Source of the DNA: a virus
Lineage: Duplodnaviria > Caudoviricetes
DNA length: 31,555 bases
IMG/VR virus record: IMGVR_UViG_3300031269_000057
Location: 1-31,555 of that record
Direction: 5' to 3' (one strand)
The position numbers and the translations under genes are program-made. This document shows, one piece after another, positions 23,832 through 31,555 of the stretch (its first letter is position 1; each line of letters starts with the position of its first letter). A model generated the notes under the pieces. That model saw nothing but the letters and a program-made list of their open reading frames with translations. It did not search any database and was not told the origin of the DNA.

Positions 23832-25300
23832 TGGCAGTTAATTGTGTATTAAAATTTGATGACCCAACATCTGAAATTATTGATTTAACACCAAACACAG
23901 ATTATGTTGGTACGATTAATAATGCCTTCGAGGGTGATTACTACAGATTTGAAATGTTTGAAAATGAAACGATGACATTTAATATTGCCCCTAGACCTAA
24001 TACATCTAGTAGTATTAATATGCAGTTAAATTTATATCGTAAAGTTGGATTGACATATGTTTTATTAGGCACATCTTTCATTACTCAGAACATCAACCAA
24101 TTCATTTATGATGGTGTGCCGGGTGAATATTATTTCTGTTTAACAACTGATTTCAGTATCGACTATACCTTGAGTGTTGAATTCACTGATTATCCGTGGT
24201 TGGTATTAGGTACATTCAATTCACACCATGGTGGTTATGGAAACCCATACGAATTTGCACGTCCAGCATCTTCTTGTGATTCACCTGTTTTCTATGTACT
24301 AGAATCCGGTGAGTTACCTGTTGGTATGAATCTACGTGCTAATGGAGTGGTTGAGGGGATTCCATTAGAACAAGATTGTTACACTTCAGATGATGAAAAA
24401 CCTACGTTCACTTGGTATAAAGAAAATGAAGAAACCGGCGCACGTGAGCCAATCACTAAAGATTATGTGTTTACAGTACGTGCGGCTTTATTAGATTCAC
24501 CTGCTACCTATGCAGATAGAACATTTAAAATATGTGTACATAATAACTGGTCAGTGGATAGAGATAACTTCATTTCACAATTTGTTAACTTTGAACACGT
24601 TGAATATGTTGAAGATACTGGTGAACCCGTTGGTGGTGATATACCCGTTGATGGAAATGGGGAATCAATAAATGGTTTCGTTTTATATGATGAGGATGGT
24701 TCGGTATCACTTACTGATGTTGACCCCATTTATGATGTTAATGGTAAATTAATAACAAACAAAACATATGGTGAAGCTGATAATAATGGATTGAAGGAAA
24801 TTAACGAATCACAAACAATACCACCTGTTGAAATACCACAAATACAACAGCTATCTGAGGATGAATTGAAGGAATTATGTAAAATTTGTTACATTGCACC
24901 TGAATACCAAGGATTGGTTAATATAAATAAAGATACGTTATGTGTAGAAGTGTGTGAAGAAACTGAAAAAGAATCAACACAGCCAGTTATCGAAGAAATT
25001 GTTGACGAATTCTGTGAACCATGCCCTGAACCAGTGGTTATTGAAGGGTTACAGGTATTACCGTCAACCTTGTGTGATGTTTGTGTGCCAGAAGAAATAT
25101 CAATTCCGAAGGTGACTAAATACAATAAGAAGATAACATATTGCACAGAAGAATTTATTGAGAAAATGAATACTACTAAAGTATGTTCAACCGAAATCAC
25201 GTGTCCACAAAAACCGGATACGTGGCCTGAGATTACGAAAGAACCAGATTTACCAACACTACCTTCATCTATGTGTGAAGAAACATGTGAGAATAATTAA
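23831..25300 (+). CDS. structural protein with PPC-like and putative Ig domains and a Cys-rich acidic C-terminus
   Basis: GTIN....GDYYRF...GEYYFCL; Y.L.SG.LP.GM.L...G.VEGIP...Y.FTVRA (phage Ig-like); CKIC, CEPC, CDVC, CEETC. Confidence 0.65.
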   Translation: MAVNCVLKFDDPTSEIIDLTPNTDYVGTINNAFEGDYYRFEMFENETMTFNIAPRPNTSSSINMQLNLYRKVGLTYVLLGTSFITQNINQFIYDGVPGEYYFCLTTDFSIDYTLSVEFTDYPWLVLGTFNSHHGGYGNPYEFARPASSCDSPVFYVLESGELPVGMNLRANGVVEGIPLEQDCYTSDDEKPTFTWYKENEETGAREPITKDYVFTVRAALLDSPATYADRTFKICVHNNWSVDRDNFISQFVNFEHVEYVEDTGEPVGGDIPVDGNGESINGFVLYDEDGSVSLTDVDPIYDVNGKLITNKTYGEADNNGLKEINESQTIPPVEIPQIQQLSEDELKELCKICYIAPEYQGLVNINKDTLCVEVCEETEKESTQPVIEEIVDEFCEPCPEPVVIEGLQVLPSTLCDVCVPEEISIPKVTKYNKKITYCTEEFIEKMNTTKVCSTEITCPQKPDTWPEITKEPDLPTLPSSMCEETCENN

Positions 25301-25590
25301 TGCCACAAGCACATTTAATGGGAATGATGAATTCCGGTCATGGGTGTTTTCCACCTACACCAGCAATACAGGGTTCGCCTAATGTATTCTGTGGTGGTAT
25401 TCCGTGGGTAACTGAAACCCATATGTATGCACCACACCTATGTACCGGGCCTGACATTCATGTTGCGCCGTTAGCGAAAGGTTCATCAACCGTTAAGGCG
25501 AATGGGTTGGGTGTTGCCCGTGTAGGCGACCCTGTGGCTTGTGGTGCTAAAGCAATGCAACCGTTCCCAACTGTTACAGCGGGTGGTTAA
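25300..25590 (+). CDS. gp5.4: PAAR-domain spike tip protein
   Basis: GHGCFPPT....GSPNVF..GIP, H.C...H, GSSTV.ANG..VARVGD.V.CG. Confidence 0.93.
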   Translation: MPQAHLMGMMNSGHGCFPPTPAIQGSPNVFCGGIPWVTETHMYAPHLCTGPDIHVAPLAKGSSTVKANGLGVARVGDPVACGAKAMQPFPTVTAGG

Positions 25591-25988
25591 TGGCTATTAA
25601 GAAACAGACACGAATATATTCTGATTTGGATTTGGAGTTTACACCACACCCATTAACGGGTGATTTACCGATGAAGTATAATGATGAATCAATTAAGCGT
25701 TCATTAAGAAACCTTGTCCAAACAAGTAGATTTGATAGAAAGTTTCACCCTGAGATTGATTCAGGTGTTCGTGATTATCTTTTTGAACCAATGAGTTTAA
25801 TTACTGCATTGAGCATTGAAACTCATTTAAAACACCTAATACAACAACACGAAACACGTGTAAACGTGATTGAATTAGAAGTTGTACCTGATAATGAAGA
25901 ACAATCTTATGGGGTGAACATTACATTCAACACGATAAATAACATTAAACCAATTCAAACACGTTTATTCCTACAGCGTGTCAGATAA
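25590..25988 (+). CDS. gp25: baseplate wedge subunit / sheath initiator
   Basis: YSDLDL.F.PHP.TGDL, SIKRS.RNLV.T..F.R.F.P, LFEP, E.RV, L.RVR. Confidence 0.95.
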   Translation: MAIKKQTRIYSDLDLEFTPHPLTGDLPMKYNDESIKRSLRNLVQTSRFDRKFHPEIDSGVRDYLFEPMSLITALSIETHLKHLIQQHETRVNVIELEVVPDNEEQSYGVNITFNTINNIKPIQTRLFLQRVR

Positions 25989-25999
25989 GAGAATATTAA

Positions 26000-27817
26000 A
26001 TGGCTAATAATTTACAAGTACAGGATTTAGATTTTGAATCAATAAAACAGAACTTTATTGATTACATGAAATCTCAAGAGCAATTTAAGGATTATGACTA
26101 TAAAGGTTCTTCAATGAACATCCTTTTAGATTTGCTGGCATATAATACTCATTATATGGGATTCTACACACATATGTTAGCGAACGAATCATTCATAGAT
26201 TCTGCAACACAAAAGGCTTCATTAACTTCAAAAGCAAAACTGATGAACTATATTCCTAGTTCAAAACAATCAGCAGAGGCTTTGGTTACATTCAATATTC
26301 CAATCACGGCGGTTAACGAACCAACTGATAAAAAAATTGTACTTCCACGTGGCACTAATATTCGTTCAAATAACAATGCAAATGATTCACGTAATTTCGT
26401 GATTGTTGACGATGTGTATATCTATAACCGTGCTACTACAGCGGGTGTGTATGATTACACAAGTGATGAAATTGGTATTTTCGAAGGAGCATTCAACACT
26501 CAACGTTTCTTGGTTGACGATACACTTACGAATCAACGTTTTATTATTCGTGATAGAAACGTTGACATAACATCATTGCGTATCAGTGTGTATGATACTC
26601 AAGCATCTAGTGAGTTCGTGAGTTATACGTTAGCAGAGGATTTCAATGAGATTAACAGTGAATCTAATGTTTTCTTCGTTGCAGTTAATGAAGAAAATTA
26701 TTATGAGGTGTTCTTCGGTAACGATATTTACGGTAAATCACTTGCAAATCTGAATGTTGTATCTGCATCATTCGTATCTACATCTGGTGAGGAAGGTAAT
26801 AATGCACGTACATTTATCCTTTCAGGTGGTATTAATTACTTAGGTACTGACTATGATGTTGATATTACTACAGTTAATGATTCACATGGCGGTGTTGATG
26901 AAGAAACTCTTGAGGATTTACGATTCAATATCCCATATCACTATCGTAGACAAAACCGATTAGTTACTGTGGATGACTATAAAAACATCCTCCTTTCTAA
27001 ATATCGTAATATAAACTCTATTAACATATGGGGTGGTGAAGATAATATCCCTAAAACATACGGTAAAGTATTCATTTCAATTAAACCTAGATTTGGTGAA
27101 GTGTTGTCATCAAAGGCTAAGAATAGTATTATTAATGATATTCTGAAAAAATATAACGTGACTACGGTTGAGCCTGAGATTGTTGACCCTGAGTTCCTAT
27201 ATGTAAACTTGGATGTGAATGTTCGTTTCAATCCATTAAACACCAATAAATCAAGTGGTGAAATCGGCACAGAGGTTACAGCTATTATCAATGATTATAA
27301 TGATAACACATTAAATCGTTTTGGTTCGTTTTATTCAGATGTAAACATTAACAGTTTAATCAAATCTGTGAATCCTAGTATTCTTACATCATATGCGGAT
27401 GCAACACTAGAGAAACGAATAGATGTTAATCTAAACACAAAGGCAACTTACTTTGCTGATTTCGTGAATGAAATACTTCCAGAAACAGTTAAATCAGATG
27501 AGTTTATGTATCGCCTTAAGCGTTGTTACTTTGCAGATAATAAACAAGGCAATATCATAATTTATTACTATGATACCTTTAAGAAAGAATGGGTTGCATT
27601 CCCTAATGAAACTTTCGGTACAGTTGATTATGAAAATGGAATAATCCGATTAGTTAATTTCGAGGTAAATGATTTATATGGACAATCTAAATTGAATATA
27701 AATGCTACACCAAAACTTCCAGACTTCTTCACTAAACGAAATAATGTTGTTATGATTAATCAATTTACAGTGAAGGTTGTAGCAGACTTCCAAAATGAAG
27801 GTAATAAAGCATGGTAG
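26000..27817 (+). CDS. gp6: baseplate wedge subunit
   Basis: LDFESIK.N...Y...Q..FKDYDY.GS.M.ILLDLLAYNTHY, ANESFIDSA, QNRLVT.DDY, WGGEDN.P..YGKVFISIKP. Confidence 0.97.
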   Translation: MANNLQVQDLDFESIKQNFIDYMKSQEQFKDYDYKGSSMNILLDLLAYNTHYMGFYTHMLANESFIDSATQKASLTSKAKLMNYIPSSKQSAEALVTFNIPITAVNEPTDKKIVLPRGTNIRSNNNANDSRNFVIVDDVYIYNRATTAGVYDYTSDEIGIFEGAFNTQRFLVDDTLTNQRFIIRDRNVDITSLRISVYDTQASSEFVSYTLAEDFNEINSESNVFFVAVNEENYYEVFFGNDIYGKSLANLNVVSASFVSTSGEEGNNARTFILSGGINYLGTDYDVDITTVNDSHGGVDEETLEDLRFNIPYHYRRQNRLVTVDDYKNILLSKYRNINSINIWGGEDNIPKTYGKVFISIKPRFGEVLSSKAKNSIINDILKKYNVTTVEPEIVDPEFLYVNLDVNVRFNPLNTNKSSGEIGTEVTAIINDYNDNTLNRFGSFYSDVNINSLIKSVNPSILTSYADATLEKRIDVNLNTKATYFADFVNEILPETVKSDEFMYRLKRCYFADNKQGNIIIYYYDTFKKEWVAFPNETFGTVDYENGIIRLVNFEVNDLYGQSKLNINATPKLPDFFTKRNNVVMINQFTVKVVADFQNEGNKAW

Positions 27818-29442
27818 ATAAGTTATCTGCTATTCTTCAATACCAGTTACCTGAATTTGTTCGGAACGACCATGAATTATTCGTGGCGTTTGTACAGGCG
27901 TATTATGAATGGATGGAGTTAGAAGGGAACACACTAAACTTCATCCAGTCATTCCAGCAAAATTCAGATGTTGATACGGCTAATGACGATTTCTTAGATA
28001 TGTTTATCACTGAATTTGGGGATACGTTTCCAAAGAATATTCAGGTTGATAAATCTACGCTATTGAAATCTATTCGTGAATTCTATATCTCAAAGGGTTC
28101 TGAGTCATCATTTCGTTTCATTTTTAACGTACTATATGGTGCAGAAATTGATATTATATACCCTAGAGAATTTTTACAAACGGCTTCAGGTGGTAATTTC
28201 TTTGCTGAAGATTATGCATACATCACAGGTGACAATTTTTTCAAACTTAAAATCACTGATAACCTTAATGCGTCTATTGAGGGCGTAACATCTGGTGCAA
28301 ATGCAGTTATAGATGGCATTACATCTATATACATTGGTAGTCAGAGAATATTAAGATGTGATTTGTCATCATATGAAGGTATCTTCGAGGTTGATGAGGA
28401 AATCTTATTAACTGTAGAAGGTTTTACTGTTAAAGAGAATATGTATGGCTTGATTAATAGCATTAATGTTGATGACGGTGGAACAAACTACTCATTAAAT
28501 GATGAAGTTGTTATCACTTCAGTTGATGACGGTAGCCGCGCTAAAGCCCGTATTAAAAGCCTATCAAAAGGCCCATTAGATTCATACACAATCGTTGACG
28601 GTGGGTTAGGTTATGAAGTCAATGATATTGTACATGCGGTTCCTGTAGTTGGTTCAAATGGTTACTCATACAGCGGTGTGGTTGAAACAGTTGGTGGTTC
28701 AGGTGAAATAACAGGCATTCGAATATTGAATAATGGTTATGATTATTCATTACCAACAACAGCATCTATTGTATCTTCAACAGGTTCTGGTGCAATCATT
28801 TCATTAAACGGTGATGCGATTGGTAAGATTAATGAGATTGAAGTCTATGATAGTGGGTTACGCTACACTTCACAACCAACTATTACAGTAACATCAAGTA
28901 ATGGTTCAGGTGTGTCACTATCAGCAAATATCGAATGTATCTTTAATGAGCCAAAGAAATATCAAGATGAAGATGACTGGTTAAGTGATTATTCTAAATT
29001 ACAGGATAGTTATTACTATCAGCAATATTCATATGTTGTTCGCAGTGATGTTTCACCCCATAAATGGATAGAGCAAGTTAAACGAATTGCACACCCAAGT
29101 GGTACACAGTTATTTGGTATGTACACAACTTCAAATATTGTAGATACACTGATTAGTTTACCACCACGCTTACAAGCATCATTAACGAAGATTATCTACT
29201 TATTCAGTGAGATAAATAGTAGTATATTACAAACAGAATTTAGAGAATTAATACTCCATCTAGGTATTGCTGATACTTGCGTCATGGGATTAACTCTTGA
29301 TGAATTAGATGAAATTAAATTTGACCCTAATTTCAATTGGGTTATTGGTTATTTTGACAACCTTTCATTATCAAACATTGAAACCACTGGTTGCGTGGAT
29401 AAATTTAATAGAATGGAAGATTCTGACTTAACAATCATATAA
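27811..29442 (+). CDS. gp7: baseplate wedge initiator (gp7-like)
   Basis: QLPEFVR.D...FV.F..AYYEWME, FY.SKGSE.SF.F.F..LYG, repeated I.DGG..Y units, LQDSYYYQ.YSYV, HP.G..LFG; lies between gp6 and gp8. Confidence 0.75.
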   Translation: MVDKLSAILQYQLPEFVRNDHELFVAFVQAYYEWMELEGNTLNFIQSFQQNSDVDTANDDFLDMFITEFGDTFPKNIQVDKSTLLKSIREFYISKGSESSFRFIFNVLYGAEIDIIYPREFLQTASGGNFFAEDYAYITGDNFFKLKITDNLNASIEGVTSGANAVIDGITSIYIGSQRILRCDLSSYEGIFEVDEEILLTVEGFTVKENMYGLINSINVDDGGTNYSLNDEVVITSVDDGSRAKARIKSLSKGPLDSYTIVDGGLGYEVNDIVHAVPVVGSNGYSYSGVVETVGGSGEITGIRILNNGYDYSLPTTASIVSSTGSGAIISLNGDAIGKINEIEVYDSGLRYTSQPTITVTSSNGSGVSLSANIECIFNEPKKYQDEDDWLSDYSKLQDSYYYQQYSYVVRSDVSPHKWIEQVKRIAHPSGTQLFGMYTTSNIVDTLISLPPRLQASLTKIIYLFSEINSSILQTEFRELILHLGIADTCVMGLTLDELDEIKFDPNFNWVIGYFDNLSLSNIETTGCVDKFNRMEDSDLTII

Positions 29443-29445
29443 ATA
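29438..29445 (+). promoter_or_regulatory. T4-type late promoter TATAAATA
   Basis: Perfect consensus overlapping the gp7-like stop codon, before an AGGA RBS. Confidence 0.75.
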
Positions 29446-29464
29446 AGAGAACATAGGATAAAAC

Positions 29465-30946
29465 ATGACTGCAATTATTACAAACACAACAAGAGTTTTC
29501 AATTCTAACCAATTCCTAAACTCTTTCCAAACTAAAAATTACACTGCATGGCAAACTGCTACACCATATAGCATTGGTAATGTTGTTTATAACTCAAGTT
29601 ACAAATACATTGCTGTAACTTCTGGTACATCTGGTGCAATCCCACCTTCACATACATCTGGTGTTTCTTCTGATGGTGCAGTTGACTGGTTATATGTTGA
29701 ATCATTTACAAACACATCATACTTTGAAAACAATATTTACGTTGCAATTGGTAAGCAAACCCCTTGGTATGATTTTACAGGAGTTATTGCATGGGCTGAT
29801 TCTACTCTATATACAGTTGGTGATTTGGTTGAACTTTCTGGTTCATACTATGAATGTTTAGTTGAACACACAGGTGATGGTGTTGGTGCTAACAGTCCAG
29901 ATACAGATACAACCAACTGGAAAGTGGTAACTGCTGAAACACCCGTTGACCCACAAGACGATTTCAGTAATCAGTATTCATATATTAATAACATCATGAG
30001 TGCTAAACGTCTAAACGCAACAAATGTTTCTTGTGCAATTAAACGTGTTAATTGGGCATCTGGTACTGTGTATGATGCGTTTGACCCAACTATTGACAGC
30101 TTTGCGTATGTGAATGATTTCTATGTTCTTTCATCTGCAAATAACATTTACAAATGTGTTGATAACAATAACGGTGCAGCTTCTACATCTGAACCAACAG
30201 GTACAAGTGTAGATATTACATACACAACAGATGGTTACGGCTGGAAGTACATGGGTACTGTATCTGCTGGTGATGCGTTAGCATTCTTAACTGCTGGTTA
30301 CATTCCTGTTAAATTAAAACTTTCTGATGATGGTTCCAATCAATGGCTGGTTCAAGAGAATGCAAAATCAAACTCAATTAGCTCTGCTATTGTAACGGCT
30401 GGCGGTTCAGGTTATACAACTGCTACAGTTGCATTTAGCGCACCTGATTTAGCGGGTGGTGTTCAGGCAACGGGTTCTGTTATTCTGAATGCAGGTGTAT
30501 GTGAAACTATCCAGATGACTAATGTTGGCTCTGGTTATACTTCAGAACCTACAGCAACAATCACAGGTGATGGTACTGGTGCTGAAGCGGTTTCTGTACT
30601 TGCGCCTAAAGATGGTCATGGTGCAAATATTCTAACTGAACTAGATGCTCGTTACTCAATTGTGAATGCACGTTTTGACGATACTGAAGGTGGTTACTTC
30701 CCAATTACTGGTGAAAATGATTTCCGTCAATTATCATTAATCGTTGACCCTCGTGAGTGGGATGGTGGTGAAGCAATTGCGGCACGTTACATTGGCCCAC
30801 AACATGACGATTACACAGGTGATGGTACATCTGGCCTTGAAGAACTAGAAGCTGGTTCTGGTAACGTCATATATATAGAAAGCATTGCACCTGTTGTTCG
30901 TACTACAGGGCAAATCGAAGATATTAAAATCGTACTGAGATTCTAG
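29465..30946 (+). CDS. gp8: baseplate wedge subunit with inserted carbohydrate-binding-like modules
   Basis: MTAIIT...R, R.NW.SGTVYD, FYV......IYKC.DNN, EPTG, DGY.WKYM, NDFRQ...I.DP, G.VIYIE....V.R...Q.EDIKIVL.F. Confidence 0.9.
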   Translation: MTAIITNTTRVFNSNQFLNSFQTKNYTAWQTATPYSIGNVVYNSSYKYIAVTSGTSGAIPPSHTSGVSSDGAVDWLYVESFTNTSYFENNIYVAIGKQTPWYDFTGVIAWADSTLYTVGDLVELSGSYYECLVEHTGDGVGANSPDTDTTNWKVVTAETPVDPQDDFSNQYSYINNIMSAKRLNATNVSCAIKRVNWASGTVYDAFDPTIDSFAYVNDFYVLSSANNIYKCVDNNNGAASTSEPTGTSVDITYTTDGYGWKYMGTVSAGDALAFLTAGYIPVKLKLSDDGSNQWLVQENAKSNSISSAIVTAGGSGYTTATVAFSAPDLAGGVQATGSVILNAGVCETIQMTNVGSGYTSEPTATITGDGTGAEAVSVLAPKDGHGANILTELDARYSIVNARFDDTEGGYFPITGENDFRQLSLIVDPREWDGGEAIAARYIGPQHDDYTGDGTSGLEELEAGSGNVIYIESIAPVVRTTGQIEDIKIVLRF

Positions 30947-30955
30947 GATAAATAA

Positions 30956-31009
30956 ATGATTGTATATCTTACTACGAATAAATATAAAATTAGGATTGAG
31001 AAACTATAA
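30956..31009 (+). pseudogene. 17-aa mini-ORF, possible GIY-YIG endonuclease N-terminal remnant
   Basis: MIVYLTTNKYKIRIEKL with AGGA RBS; the first residues match the M-I-x-Y-x-T-T-N start typical of Seg-like GIY-YIG proteins. Confidence 0.4.
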
Positions 31010-31555
31010 TGAGTAGAATGACATTTAATCGTGAGCCATATTTTGACGACATAGATATTGATAAGAATTATTTCCAAGTTCTATTTCGTCCAAAACGTTC
31101 ATTACAGATTCGTGAATTAAATCAGCTACAAAGCATATTATCAAACCAAACTGAAACGTTTGCGAATCATATTTTCAAATTCGGTTCAATGGTTAAATCT
31201 GGAAGTGTTAAATTTAAAAACTTCCAGAATTATGTACGTCTAAAAGATTTAACTCCAACTGGTAATGCTGTAGATTACACACGCATGATTGACCGTAAGA
31301 TTCGTGGTAAAACATCTGGTCTAGTTGCAGAAATTATTCACATTGAACCTAAAGATGAATTCGACCCTGATACATTATATGTAAACTATAAAAACACAGC
31401 GGTTGATGGTGTTACATCTGCATTCATTAATGGTGAAACTCTTGAAGTTCTTGATGAACAAGGGTATGCGACATATGAAGTAGTTGTGCGCTGCCCTTCT
31501 TGTGCGGGTTCACCTGAATCTGGTGATATACATAACCCAACTGGTCAAGGTTGCC
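31009..31555 (+). CDS. large virion structural protein, DUF4815/VrlC-like (5' part, runs off the window)
   Basis: Manual translation MSRMTFNREPYFDDIDIDKNYFQVLFRPKRSLQIRELNQLQSILSNQTETFANHIFKFGSMV matches PY.DD....KNY..VLFRP....Q.REL.QLQSIL.NQ...F..H.FK.GS.V. Confidence 0.88.
   Translation, partial: MSRMTFNREPYFDDIDIDKNYFQVLFRPKRSLQIRELNQLQSILSNQTETFANHIFKFGSMVKSGSVKFKNFQNYVRLKDLTPTGNAVDYTRMIDRKIRGKTSGLVAEIIHIEPKDEFDPDTLYVNYKNTAVDGVTSAFINGETLEVLDEQGYATYEVVVRCPSCAGSPESGDIHNPTGQGC

Overview
AT-rich segment of a large T4-superfamily myophage genome. The gene order resembles distant, non-enteric T4 relatives, and the standard genetic code is used. From left to right: (1) a tRNA cluster (Ser-UGA, Trp-CCA, Cys-GCA, Gln-UUG, Ser-GCU) interleaved with a PD-(D/E)XK endonuclease, small ORFs and a perfect 91-bp direct repeat; (2) a lipoprotein, a YkuK-type RNase H-like protein, a SleB-type wall hydrolase, gp33, gp59 and gp32; (3) a leftward late operon gp4, gp2, gp54-like, gp26, gp51-like and a tape-measure candidate; (4) a rightward baseplate operon gp48, gp53, gp27-like, gp5, PAAR gp5.4, gp25, gp6, gp7-like, gp8 and a partial DUF4815 gene. 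The best new leads are: a U_UUU_UUA slippery site at the end of gp26 whose -1 frame runs into the gp51-like ORF directly before the tape-measure candidate, like the lambda G/GT chaperone frameshift; a 10.6-kb adhesin-like module between gp5 and its PAAR tip, with a shared ~80-aa domain in three proteins; an ORF-less, hairpin-rich region under a strong antisense sigma70 promoter before gene 5 (candidate origin or ncRNA); and a Hef-like endonuclease whose promoter lies within a perfect 16-bp inverted repeat. All family assignments come from motif recognition by eye, not database searches.
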